From: a virus
Taxonomy: Duplodnaviria; Caudoviricetes
Virus record (IMG/VR): IMGVR_UViG_3300032234_000260
Location: 1 to 47,519 of that record
Length of the DNA stretch: 47,519 nt
Reading direction: 5' to 3' (one strand)
The first letter of the stretch is position 1, and every line of letters begins with the position of its first letter. Below the pieces are notes generated by a model. The model was not told where the DNA came from, searched no databases, and saw only the letters and a program-made list of their open reading frames with translations. A program made the translations under genes and the position numbers. Positions 1 to 8,318 of the stretch are shown in pieces.

Positions 1-123
1 CCAGCAGTTGGGTACTCGTCGTACTCGCCAACAGTAGGCAATGATCCCTCGCGGAACTTGTCGCCTTGGTTGTCTAGACCCTCATCTTCGTAACGAAGGT
101 TTAGGTACTGCTGCTTACGGAAG
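1..123. repeat. Terminal direct repeat, left copy (circular assembly overlap)
   Basis: Bases 1-123 are identical to 47397-47519 and the capsid ORF reads in frame through the join. Confidence 0.95.
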
Positions 124-341
124 TCATCAACAACTAGACGTGTTGCGAAACGGTCCCACACCTTAGGTGTAGCTTCGTAGTTCTGCAATAGAATCTTGTT
201 GATAACTGGAGCTAGCTGGATAGGTAGATCGCTTGTAGAGATACCTTCCTGTAGCTTTAGCTTGTCGCGGCGGTCTCCACGAAGTGCACCTTCGAGAAGC
301 TTAGCTGCTTCAATTTGACGTGTAGTGATGTTTTCAGTCAT
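1..341 (-). CDS. Major capsid protein, N-terminal part (continues at 47396-46634; 367 aa total)
   Basis: Manual translation from ATG at 341 gives MTENITTRQIEAAKLLEGALRGDRRDKLKLQEGISTSDLP...GSLPTVGEYDEYPTAG, which joins the 46634..47437 ORF. It follows the protease/scaffold and decoration genes. Confidence 0.9.
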   Translation of the reverse strand, partial: MTENITTRQIEAAKLLEGALRGDRRDKLKLQEGISTSDLPIQLAPVINKILLQNYEATPKVWDRFATRLVVDDFRKQQYLNLRYEDEGLDNQGDKFREGSLPTVGEYDEYPTA

Positions 342-355
342 TTTTATACCTTACC

Positions 356-700
356 TTACGCTACTGATGGGTGCAAGCGAACGTAAACAGGACCAGCAAC
401 TGTGGTTGTCTTAGCTTTGATTGCGTGGCCAATAGCCTTGTTTGAAGTTGAGACAGTGGTAACTACGCCACCAGAGGTTACGTACATTGGAGCACCGACT
501 GTTACTGCAACTAGAGTTGATAGTTCAAAAACGCCGTTAAGCTTTAGGGTAGCATACCAGTTACCGTCTTCGCCTTGAACTGCGTCTTTTTCTGCAACAC
601 CCACAAGCTGACCTACCTGAACCAAGTTACCAGACTTAACAGTGCTTGCTACAGGAAAGACGAGCGAGTTAGCATCGTTGTAAATTTCATTAAGAGCCAT
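356..700 (-). CDS. Capsid decoration/cement protein (DUF2190-like)
   Basis: 114 aa, beta-rich, with VKSGNLVQVG..VGVA..D and GVFEL..VGAPMY patterns. Lies between scaffold and capsid genes. Confidence 0.75.
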   Translation of the reverse strand: MALNEIYNDANSLVFPVASTVKSGNLVQVGQLVGVAEKDAVQGEDGNWYATLKLNGVFELSTLVAVTVGAPMYVTSGGVVTTVSTSNKAIGHAIKAKTTTVAGPVYVRLHPSVA

Positions 701-713
701 TTACTTTTTCTTT

Positions 714-1682
714 CTACTTGTTGCCTGAAATGCGGTTCACAACAGCTGTGAACTCATCTACTAGGCTTGACTTGGTTGCCTCTTGGATAACACCAGTGGT
801 GTCAGCTTCTGGGGCGGTAGTGACAGACTCGCTGATTTCGGCAACATATGCCTTCTCATCTGCAATAAGTTCGTCAACTGATAGATCAGCATCAGCCTTC
901 ATAGCTTCAGCAATACGCTTAAGAGCAATTTTTGGCAAACCTGATTCGTTAAACTTCGTTGCAATCTCTACTGGGTCTAGGGCTTCAAGAGCATCCTCAG
1001 CTTCAACCTCTACAGGTTTTGCTGCTTCTGCTAGAACTGAAACCGACTCGACAACAGGCATGATTGCCTCAACGAAGGTTGCTTTGATATCAGCAATAGC
1101 TGCATCAAATTCTTCCTTAGTAATAGACATTACATTTCCTTCCGATACGGACTCCGATACCGGATTGGCATCAGGATCTTTTCTACTGTAGCTCTCGAGA
1201 AGGTTCAAAAACTTTCCTCCAGCTCCAGCTACTGTTACAACATCTACACTCGTTAGTGGGTCTGCCACTAGAGATTCGATGATTGGGCCTTGACGACCCT
1301 CAGCCTCACCAACATTAGCATTACCTAACGCATGGATTGACAAACCTACATCACCAGCCATTTCGCGAATAATCGGGGCGTAGTGTGAGTAAAATTCAAT
1401 ATCTGCAACAAGTCCATTATCAGTAAAGATTGCATCAGAAGTTAGTTTGCCAGCAAGCTGGTGCACATCACGTTCTGGTCTTTCTGAAGACTCTGAAACA
1501 GATGGGTGGTTCATAAAAACTTTAGTGCCTTTTGTAAAAACCTTTGGGCCGTATTCAGCCAACATTTCTGGAGCGTAGTAGCCAGAAGAACCCCAACCGG
1601 ATTCAATAACCTTGACACGCCACTTACTACCAGAGGAAGCAGGTGCACTAAGTGCAATGCTTTCATTTAATGCTATAGACAT
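714..1682 (-). CDS. Capsid maturation protease fused to scaffolding domain
   Basis: N-terminal GWGSSGYY / FMNHP / GLSI / SVDVVTVAGAGG motifs and an acidic Ala/Glu-rich helical C-terminus. Lies downstream of the portal. Confidence 0.8.
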   Translation of the reverse strand: MSIALNESIALSAPASSGSKWRVKVIESGWGSSGYYAPEMLAEYGPKVFTKGTKVFMNHPSVSESSERPERDVHQLAGKLTSDAIFTDNGLVADIEFYSHYAPIIREMAGDVGLSIHALGNANVGEAEGRQGPIIESLVADPLTSVDVVTVAGAGGKFLNLLESYSRKDPDANPVSESVSEGNVMSITKEEFDAAIADIKATFVEAIMPVVESVSVLAEAAKPVEVEAEDALEALDPVEIATKFNESGLPKIALKRIAEAMKADADLSVDELIADEKAYVAEISESVTTAPEADTTGVIQEATKSSLVDEFTAVVNRISGNK

Positions 1683-1728
1683 AAAATCTCCAATAATGAT
1701 TTGTTATTTATTAGTATACCATAACTGA

Positions 1729-3150
1729 TTAAGCAGTTGGGTTATTATCTGATGATCTAAGATCATTTGCGTTATCCTGCATCGAACCTACAGCACCAGA
1801 GTTGCCTTGCGAAGGAATCGGTGAGCCAGAAGTAGGAGGTTCTGTGTTCATCGCAGAAGGCACAGTGTCGTGCAACTTAGCAATATCAAGAACTTCAATC
1901 ACTGCGTTACGGAACTCATCATCCCAAATAGCACCCTGCTCTTTAGCAAGAGCCAAGGCTTGCATCATGCGCTGGCTAGGCTCAGTTTCAATCTTAGGCC
2001 AGTTGATTTCAAGCACATCAGTTTTTGCACCAAGGAACTTCATGATACGGAAGTAGAACTGTGTCCAAACAGCCTGTCTAGCCTCCATAGCTTTAATGGT
2101 TGGCACATCCAGAGTCTGTGCTGTTCCGTAAGCTCCAGAAGAACCCGGGTCAGAAAGAAGTGCAACAACAGAAACTTCAAGTGCAGAAGCCACCATAGAA
2201 CCCAGTGCTCTACCATTGCTTAAGTCAACGCTGTTAGCTCTAGGCATAGAACTTAGCTCCATATCGCTACCCATAACTGCAGTAGAAGCTACGCGGCTAG
2301 AAGTTGCAATAGTGGCAGCAGCAGCTGTTCCACCGCTCTTAGTCTTGCTCTTTAACTGCCAAGCAAACATGCTCAAAGCCTTAAGCATCTTAGAACCATC
2401 TTTAAGGTATTCGTTGTAAGCGTAAGCCCAAGGCACTGCAGAGAAAGCATCTGGAATACCCCAAATGTTTCCAGCTCTGCGGTTAACCCTAGAGGCGAAC
2501 ATTCTGTACTTTGCGTCAACAGGCTGGTTCTGAATAGTAGAAGCATAGCGTCCACCAGCTGGCTCATAAGTGTCAGTAGGATACCAAACGTTCATAAGCT
2601 TACTTGAAACAGTTGTGCTAGAAAGATCTTGCACATTTCTGTTCCAAGTACGCCTGTAGTAGCGAATTTGTTCTGGATCATCAGGGTCTGTAACAACAGC
2701 TGTGATTTCAGCAAAAGGAATTCGCTGGAACTTTTTGCTAGTAATGTTTCCTAGCACAAAGAATTGTCCGTCAGTAAAGTGACTTCTCTCATTAATGACC
2801 TGAGCTTCAGCAGAAAACAAAACATCTTGATTCTGTGGGTCCATCATTAACTTGTTAATACGAGGTGGTTGCTCTGTAAAAGAAACACCTCTACCAAAAA
2901 TGTAACTGCTACGAAGGCCAGAACCGCGCTTAAGCAGTGGATTGCCTTCAGAAATTTCTCGAATATGCTTAGCTACGTGGTGAAGATGGATAAGTGAAAA
3001 CTTATCTTCATCTGAACCGGCACCAAATGGATTCCAGCCCTTATCCTCTAGCTCAAGCAGTGCTGCAGCCATAGAAGAATAAGATTCTGAAAGTATTTCA
3101 TTCTCACTCAAAGCTGCTTGAAGTTGCTCAGAAAGCTGTTCAAATTCCAT
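1729..3150 (-). CDS. Portal protein
   Basis: 473 aa immediately downstream of the large terminase, with NPLLKRG..LR..YIFGRG and DGQFF motifs. Confidence 0.85.
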   Translation of the reverse strand: MEFEQLSEQLQAALSENEILSESYSSMAAALLELEDKGWNPFGAGSDEDKFSLIHLHHVAKHIREISEGNPLLKRGSGLRSSYIFGRGVSFTEQPPRINKLMMDPQNQDVLFSAEAQVINERSHFTDGQFFVLGNITSKKFQRIPFAEITAVVTDPDDPEQIRYYRRTWNRNVQDLSSTTVSSKLMNVWYPTDTYEPAGGRYASTIQNQPVDAKYRMFASRVNRRAGNIWGIPDAFSAVPWAYAYNEYLKDGSKMLKALSMFAWQLKSKTKSGGTAAAATIATSSRVASTAVMGSDMELSSMPRANSVDLSNGRALGSMVASALEVSVVALLSDPGSSGAYGTAQTLDVPTIKAMEARQAVWTQFYFRIMKFLGAKTDVLEINWPKIETEPSQRMMQALALAKEQGAIWDDEFRNAVIEVLDIAKLHDTVPSAMNTEPPTSGSPIPSQGNSGAVGSMQDNANDLRSSDNNPTA

Positions 3151-3181
3151 TAAAAACTCCTAAAAAGTGTATAAAACAAGT

Positions 3182-4693
3182 TTACCACACCCATTTACTA
3201 TAAAAAGCATTATCTCTGTCAAGGAAATTAGAATCCAAAGACAGAATGTCACCCGGATTATTACCTGCAAACTTACCGCCAACAAGCTGAGACATATCCA
3301 AACCTGCATACATTGCAGCATCCAATCTGTCAGGAGACTTCAAACCTCTAGAACGCATGTCATCTTTAGATTCAATCTGAATAGAACCCTTAGCACTAAA
3401 CTTGTATTTAATGACCATCATCTCGTCAGTCAAATCCTTGTCAGCCATATCGATATCAATAAAGCCGTTAAGCATCTTTTCGCGCAAGCTATCGTAACCT
3501 GCAGCCCTAGCGTTAAGCCACCTAGTGTTATCTGGGCTAGCCGCAGAACCTACAATGCTGATAACAATATACCTATCTTCACACATGCTTGCAAGCATAT
3601 CTACGATAGGCGCACCCAAACCTGTGCCGTCAACGCGAACCTCAGAAGCCCCAAGAGCAATAGCAGTCTCATGAATTCTGTTAGCAGACTCAACTGCATT
3701 AGTCTTAGTCCAAGTAGCAACATGGCGCAAACGCCCACCCCTATTAGAATAGATCACAGAATCGTCCTCACCAAAACGCGCAACGTCAACGCCAAGCACA
3801 ACAGGGATTGTCATATCCTCAATAATCTCGCAGTCAATCGCCTTATCTAAAGAATGCTGGCTAAAGAAAGTAGTATCGTCTTCCTCAGGGAACTCACCCA
3901 AAATCTTAGACTTGTATCTAGCTGAATCCTCACCCCAAGCAATCTTCTGGCGCTCAACCCAAGTAGGTTGAATCAGAAGCGGCTTCAACTCTTCCGGGAC
4001 GACCTCACCTGTGAAATTCGGCGTGTCAAAAGCCGAAATATGAATCTTATTCCACGTATCATCCTCTCGAAAAATACGATGAAACTCAGTCCCACGACGG
4101 TCAGGGTTACCAATAGCAAGGACGCGGCTATCAGCAGTAGTAGTAACAGCTTCAGCGGCAGTGTATAAATCAACAGGGATACCTCCGGCTTCATCAAGAA
4201 CAACAAAAACAAAACGTCTGTGAATACCTTGGAAGGCAGACACGATATCGGTGTCAGCAGGGCGACGACCAAACCCAATCAAAGTACCATACTGGTCATC
4301 AAGCTTCCACTCCTCAGACTGGTTAATGTGACCCGGCAAACTAAAACCATTAATAGCAGCAAGCTTGTGATTATCCTTCAACTCACGAAACAACACACGC
4401 GCAATCTGAGGGTAAGTAGGCGCAGAACAAATCAAAGCAACCTCATACGGATCATGCACTGCAATCCACCAAGCCCCAAGAATACCTGCAACCGCAGACT
4501 TACCCGCACCGTTACAACTCACAACAGCAGTGTGCGTATTCTCAACAAGGCTACGCCCAATCTCAGCCTGCTTACTCCACATGTGCTTACCCAACACATC
4601 ACTAGCCCAAGCAACTGGATCATTCGCATAAATGCTATTCTTAGAGCGCTTACGCAAATCAGCAATCACACCATCAATAACATTATCAATCAT
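3182..4693 (-). CDS. terL: Terminase large subunit
   Basis: Walker A SCNGAGKS, Walker B VVLDEA, IGNP motif, nuclease motifs LGVDVARFGEDDS and SPDRLDA. Start chosen from SD AGAGGAG. Confidence 0.95.
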   Translation of the reverse strand: MIDNVIDGVIADLRKRSKNSIYANDPVAWASDVLGKHMWSKQAEIGRSLVENTHTAVVSCNGAGKSAVAGILGAWWIAVHDPYEVALICSAPTYPQIARVLFRELKDNHKLAAINGFSLPGHINQSEEWKLDDQYGTLIGFGRRPADTDIVSAFQGIHRRFVFVVLDEAGGIPVDLYTAAEAVTTTADSRVLAIGNPDRRGTEFHRIFREDDTWNKIHISAFDTPNFTGEVVPEELKPLLIQPTWVERQKIAWGEDSARYKSKILGEFPEEDDTTFFSQHSLDKAIDCEIIEDMTIPVVLGVDVARFGEDDSVIYSNRGGRLRHVATWTKTNAVESANRIHETAIALGASEVRVDGTGLGAPIVDMLASMCEDRYIVISIVGSAASPDNTRWLNARAAGYDSLREKMLNGFIDIDMADKDLTDEMMVIKYKFSAKGSIQIESKDDMRSRGLKSPDRLDAAMYAGLDMSQLVGGKFAGNNPGDILSLDSNFLDRDNAFYSKWVW

Positions 4694-4892
4694 CTTCATC
4701 TCCTCTAAAACCAATACGCAACTCAGGATACGTGAAGTCAGTCACAGTCTCAATGCTGCTAGTCACAGCCAACCCTCCACCTTGAGGCTTAGGACACTTA
4801 TGGCTCTCACGCCACTGATTCAGTAGTTGCAATTCGTTATCGCGCTCAGCAGAAAAAGAAGCACCACATGCACAAGACTCAGAGACGCTCAT
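4686..4892 (-). CDS. Small hypothetical protein (CxC and HxC motifs)
   Basis: 68 aa from ATG 4892 (MSVSESCACGASF...), overlapping both neighbouring genes. Confidence 0.55.
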   Translation of the reverse strand: MSVSESCACGASFSAERDNELQLLNQWRESHKCPKPQGGGLAVTSSIETVTDFTYPELRIGFRGDEDD

Positions 4893-5379
4893 TTTGTTGT
4901 AGCTCACCCTTAGCCAGCATGAGCCCCTCCGCAACAATAGAATCCAACTCAGCCGGCTCAACATCAGGATAACGCTCAGCAAGCTCCTTCTTAGCAAACG
5001 ACAAGGCAGAATCCATAGCCCTCAAAAGCACAGTCTGCTGAAACTCTGTAAGACGCAAAACCTGAGCATCAAGATTAACCTGCTGAGAATCCAAACGCTT
5101 ACCAATAATCTCAAGCGTCTTCAAAAGCAAACGGGCTGAATCAGGGTCCTTAAGCGTTATAGCGGCCTCAGAAAGAGAATCCTTAAGTTCATGCAACTGA
5201 TGCAACAAAAGCTGTCTCTGCTCAACCTCAGACCATACATCACGCCTAGAAAGAAGGCCCTTAACATGCACAACAGCCTGCGCAGCAGGAATACCAGTTT
5301 CTCTGGCAATCTCATCGCCAGACTTACCAGAAGCAGCAGCCCTAAGAAGCGCTTCGTCCAGAAGCGATATGCTCGTCAA
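4879..5379 (-). CDS. Probable terminase small subunit
   Basis: N-terminal HTH-like segment (GKSGDEIARETGIP), helical, upstream of terL, with GGAGG SD. Confidence 0.55.
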   Translation of the reverse strand: MTSISLLDEALLRAAASGKSGDEIARETGIPAAQAVVHVKGLLSRRDVWSEVEQRQLLLHQLHELKDSLSEAAITLKDPDSARLLLKTLEIIGKRLDSQQVNLDAQVLRLTEFQQTVLLRAMDSALSFAKKELAERYPDVEPAELDSIVAEGLMLAKGELQQNERL

Positions 5380-5506
5380 GTTTAGCCTCCAAATCCTTTA
5401 CAGCCGAGAAAACAAGGAACAACATGTCGCCGACATCCTCCAAAGTCAGATCCTTCTTATCAGCATCAGACTCAACAATTTCATCAGTAATAGATCTCGA
5501 AACCAT
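5342..5506 (-). CDS. Small hypothetical protein (54 aa, not in ORF track)
   Basis: MVSRSITDEIVESDADKKDLTLEDVGDMLFLVFSAVKDLEAKLDEHIASGRSAS, with GGAGG SD and an upstream TGCTATAAT. Confidence 0.6.
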   Translation of the reverse strand: MVSRSITDEIVESDADKKDLTLEDVGDMLFLVFSAVKDLEAKLDEHIASGRSAS

Positions 5507-5666
5507 TTAAAAACCTCCAAAAAATTTTTTATATACCCAATTATAGCAGAAAAAGGCTTTTTTAAGAATTCTTTCAAAACACTTACGATACAAGCGTGAG
5601 GGGAGAGGTAGCCCGAGCCTATGTATAAGCGTAATAAAATGATTTCTTTCACCTGTCGCTGGGCAT

Positions 5667-5699
5667 AAAAAAAGCCCCAAGTCTTGCGACCTGAGGCTC
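5667..5699 (-). terminator. Rho-independent terminator ending the leftward early block
   Basis: Minus strand reads AGCCTCAGGTC-GCAA-GACTTGGGGCT followed by a T run. Confidence 0.8.
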
Positions 5700-5785
5700 T
5701 CTCTATTTACTTAGGAGATAGACCAAACTGCTGCTAGAACAGTTAGTGCTATTACTGCGAATGACCAAAATTCCATCTTGACCTC

Positions 5786-6226
5786 CTACTTCTCGAACTT
5801 GACTACAAAGTTTTGAACGCCGTATGAGCCGTTCTCTTTAGCGTCTACAACTACCTTGACGCTTGAACCTACTAGGTCCTGAGTTGCTCCAAACAACTGA
5901 GTGTTGCTGATTCTCAATGCCTCGACAAAAGATACTCGAGCCATTCTAATCCAATCTAACTCAGACTTAGTAGCCGCTGACTTCTCCTTCGGTGCCTCCC
6001 ACTTCGGAACCAACTTGAAGAGAACCCTTCCGTTCTCTGCTGACTTCAACTTGACGTTGAATGCTGGCTTACCTGCGTGCTTGCCACTTGCGATGGTGGT
6101 GTCGGTGATGCTGTCGATAAGAAACTCGTAAGTTCCCTTCTCGAGTGGTGCGAATGACTCAGATACTAGAGTTGAGTCATCTGGAACTACAATTGCTGTA
6201 GTGGTGTTCTTTGTTACTTTTCCCAT
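5786..6226 (-). CDS. DUF669-like putative ssDNA-binding protein (paralogue of 20379..20852)
   Basis: FAPLEKGTYEFLI..IASGKHAGKPAFNVKL aligns by eye with YSPVPAGTYNATI..VKSGENAGKDQFNVQF. Confidence 0.65.
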   Translation of the reverse strand: MGKVTKNTTTAIVVPDDSTLVSESFAPLEKGTYEFLIDSITDTTIASGKHAGKPAFNVKLKSAENGRVLFKLVPKWEAPKEKSAATKSELDWIRMARVSFVEALRISNTQLFGATQDLVGSSVKVVVDAKENGSYGVQNFVVKFEK

Positions 6227-6245
6227 TTGTTTCTCCTTATTTTTT

Positions 6246-6311
6246 GGGAGCCGAGAGACGATCCCCCGACTTACTGCACCTGCGGTCGAGGGGGATTGGC
6301 GAACGGCTCCC
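6246..6311 (-). promoter_or_regulatory. 66-nt GC-rich two-stem hairpin, copy 1
   Basis: Outer stem GGGAGCCG/CGGCTCCC, inner stem ATCCCCC/GGGGGAT. Directly upstream of the SD of 5786..6226. Confidence 0.75.
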
Positions 6312-6388
6312 GCCTTTGACCTTCTATTACAATTTCACTATGTGACCTACCTATTAAGGAGTGATTTTCACTCCAAAAAGTCCGGGGG

Positions 6389-6733
6389 TTATTTTGCGAT
6401 AACAACCCAAAACTCCTCTGTGCCATCGTATGGGTCCTCATCTAGGAATGTGTTTGAACGCCATACTCTTTTGTTACCTGTTAGATGTTCGTTTGCAATC
6501 TCTGCAAGTTCATCATCTAGGAATCCGTCTGCTTGTTCGACTGGTTCCCATCTGTCTCCACAACAGCTGTCTCCAATCTCAACACAGTCACCCTCTCTAC
6601 GTCCGAAGTATCCGTCCATCTCGATGAGTGTTCTATTTGCTTCGAATGCATACTGAGCAAATATGTATATAACTAGTGGCATACCTGATTGTCCTTTGCC
6701 ACCACTGTTCTGTTGTCTGTATTCGAATATCAT
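6389..6733 (-). CDS. Hypothetical early protein (DUF7296-like pattern)
   Basis: Acidic ORF with FEYRQQNSGG and GDSCCGDRW. Start moved to MIFEY because of the AAGGAAGG SD. Confidence 0.6.
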   Translation of the reverse strand: MIFEYRQQNSGGKGQSGMPLVIYIFAQYAFEANRTLIEMDGYFGRREGDCVEIGDSCCGDRWEPVEQADGFLDDELAEIANEHLTGNKRVWRSNTFLDEDPYDGTEEFWVVIAK

Positions 6734-6936
6734 CGAACCCACACTACCTTCCTTGTTGGTACCCAATACTTACGTTTTGGGGTTGAATAGATGAGAGCTT
6801 TTGCTCCATCCAATGTGAAGACGACTATGGTAAACAATCTACCTGTTGCGTCATCGCCTTCGAACTTTACTAAATCACCTACGTCTAGCTTCTGACCCCA
6901 AGCATCCTTGTATGGCCATTCCTCGTATTCTGGCAT
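6730..6936 (-). CDS. Hypothetical early protein (SH3-like pattern)
   Basis: DAWGQKLDVGDLVKF, coupled start/stop with neighbours. Confidence 0.55.
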   Translation of the reverse strand: MPEYEEWPYKDAWGQKLDVGDLVKFEGDDATGRLFTIVVFTLDGAKALIYSTPKRKYWVPTRKVVWVR

Positions 6937-7151
6937 TACTTTCTCACTTTCTTGATGATGTTGTTTGCTGCTAGTGCTGCACACATAATCGCGATGGTTC
7001 CTGCGATAATGTATACCCATTGACCAAACTCGAATAATGCTAATGAGTCTGGTGTACCTGCTGTTTCAATTGCTTGGTACGATACGCTACGTCCTTCGTT
7101 GCTGACGTATGTTGCTACTACTGCGATTACAATGTAGATTCCGATTCTCAT
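6936..7151 (-). CDS. Small membrane protein
   Basis: Two hydrophobic segments, AGGAG SD before MRIGIY. Confidence 0.6.
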   Translation of the reverse strand: MRIGIYIVIAVVATYVSNEGRSVSYQAIETAGTPDSLALFEFGQWVYIIAGTIAIMCAALAANNIIKKVRK

Positions 7152-7345
7152 TCTGTTATCTCCTTGAACTCGACTCTGATTCCGGTTATGCTTTGTGTGT
7201 ACAGTAAACATATCTTACACACTTTTACTCCTGCATTTTGTGACTTGAGCCATCCATACACTGGATGCAGGAACTCTGTTACTCTAACTAGAAACTTTGG
7301 TTCTGTTTTTGTGTCTAATGTTTCGCATCTTACACAGTTACTCAT
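7148..7345 (-). CDS. Small zinc-finger-like protein
   Basis: CxxC...CxxC, strong AAGGAG SD. Confidence 0.65.
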   Translation of the reverse strand: MSNCVRCETLDTKTEPKFLVRVTEFLHPVYGWLKSQNAGVKVCKICLLYTQSITGIRVEFKEITE

Positions 7346-7363
7346 TTTGTTCTCCTTCTAATT

Positions 7364-7429
7364 GGGGGCGCAGAGGGATTACCCCGGCCCGTGGCGAGCT
7401 CCTGCTCAGGGGTAATACCTCAAGCCCCC
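7364..7429 (-). promoter_or_regulatory. 66-nt GC-rich multi-stem hairpin, copy 2
   Basis: Stems GGGGGC/GCCCCC, GAGG/CCTC and ATTACCCC/GGGGTAAT. Directly upstream of the SD of 7148..7345. Confidence 0.75.
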
Positions 7430-7543
7430 CTACCGTACCACCTAGTGGGCGTAGCCGGCGAAGCCGCACTATTACAATTTCATATCCTCTAGCGTAGCCT
7501 TAGGTGCGCTTTTACTTTTAAAATCTGCCGGGACTTTTAGCAT

Positions 7544-7577
7544 AAAAAAAGGCGAGACCGAAGTCCCGCCTTCTTTT
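7544..7577 (-). terminator. Rho-independent terminator (possibly bidirectional)
   Basis: Minus strand AAGGCGGGAC-TTCG-GTCTCGCCTT followed by a T run. Confidence 0.8.
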
Positions 7578-7579
7578 AC

Positions 7580-7708
7580 TTAACATTCACATTCGTGAAT
7601 ATTCTCCATGCACTCGAAGCAACAGTCACACAACTCGTTTGCCCAATTGCCACATACCTCGCAATAGAACTCGAACTGCTTGCTCATGATCTCGTTTATG
7701 TGAGTCAT
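7580..7708 (-). CDS. Cys-rich 42-aa peptide
   Basis: MTHINEIMSKQFEFYCEVCGNWANELCDCCFECMENIHECEC, with GGAG SD and ATGA overlap with the upstream gene. Confidence 0.6.
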   Translation of the reverse strand: MTHINEIMSKQFEFYCEVCGNWANELCDCCFECMENIHECEC

Positions 7709-7983
7709 GTTGTCTCCGATGGTACGTACTTGAGATACACAGTCCAAAGCTTTTTGTTTGGATGGTTCTTTGCTAAAGCGTTTCCGCCTTGACACACAAC
7801 CTCAATGTCTTTGAACTGTTCGCTAACTCTGTAACCTGCGGATGCAAAGTTAACTTTTTCTGGAAACTCTGCCCATTGATTAGGGAACTTATACAGTTCC
7901 TCAACAAATGTTGCAAAGTCGTGTTTTGCTGGACGTCCACGTCCTTTTAGGACGATTGTGTCTTCTACGAACTTAAGCTTCAT
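7705..7983 (-). CDS. Hypothetical protein with AT-hook-like motif
   Basis: KGRGRPAK near the N-terminus. Confidence 0.6.
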   Translation of the reverse strand: MKLKFVEDTIVLKGRGRPAKHDFATFVEELYKFPNQWAEFPEKVNFASAGYRVSEQFKDIEVVCQGGNALAKNHPNKKLWTVYLKYVPSETT

Positions 7984-8260
7984 TTCTTAGCCTCTCATGT
8001 AACTTTTTAGCGAACGCAAGTGCACGTTCTTGCTCTTCGATTCTTGATTCTAATGTGCCGAACTTTTCGTCACACGCATCTACTAGATCATCCCAACTTG
8101 TGCTTCCTGTGTCTAGCACAAACTCTTTGACTAGTCCGCTGATGACTACGCTTTCACGCAAGTCATCTTCGTTTAGCTCTTGATCGTTCGCTAGAACCTT
8201 GAACGTTTCGTCCATGATTGTTTGCTCGTCGATCTCATCACCGTATTCGTTATATGGCAT
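7973..8260 (-). CDS. Hypothetical acidic protein
   Basis: Likely start MPYNEYG, preceded by a hairpin at about 8280-8311. Confidence 0.6.
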   Translation of the reverse strand: MPYNEYGDEIDEQTIMDETFKVLANDQELNEDDLRESVVISGLVKEFVLDTGSTSWDDLVDACDEKFGTLESRIEEQERALAFAKKLHERLRNEA

Positions 8261-8318
8261 TTTGTTCTCTTTCTGGATTGGGAGGGACTTTTCCAAGTCC
8301 CCCCCCTTCCCGTAATGT

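Noticed and set aside
1-123. 123-bp repeat as a biological terminal repeat
   Set aside because: It falls mid-capsid gene and is of k-mer scale, so it is best explained as assembly overlap. True ends cannot be determined from the sequence.
718-4708. Plus-strand ORFs such as 718..1191, 3167..3850 and 4220..4708
   Set aside because: Antisense shadows of well-supported head and terminase genes, without motifs or SDs.
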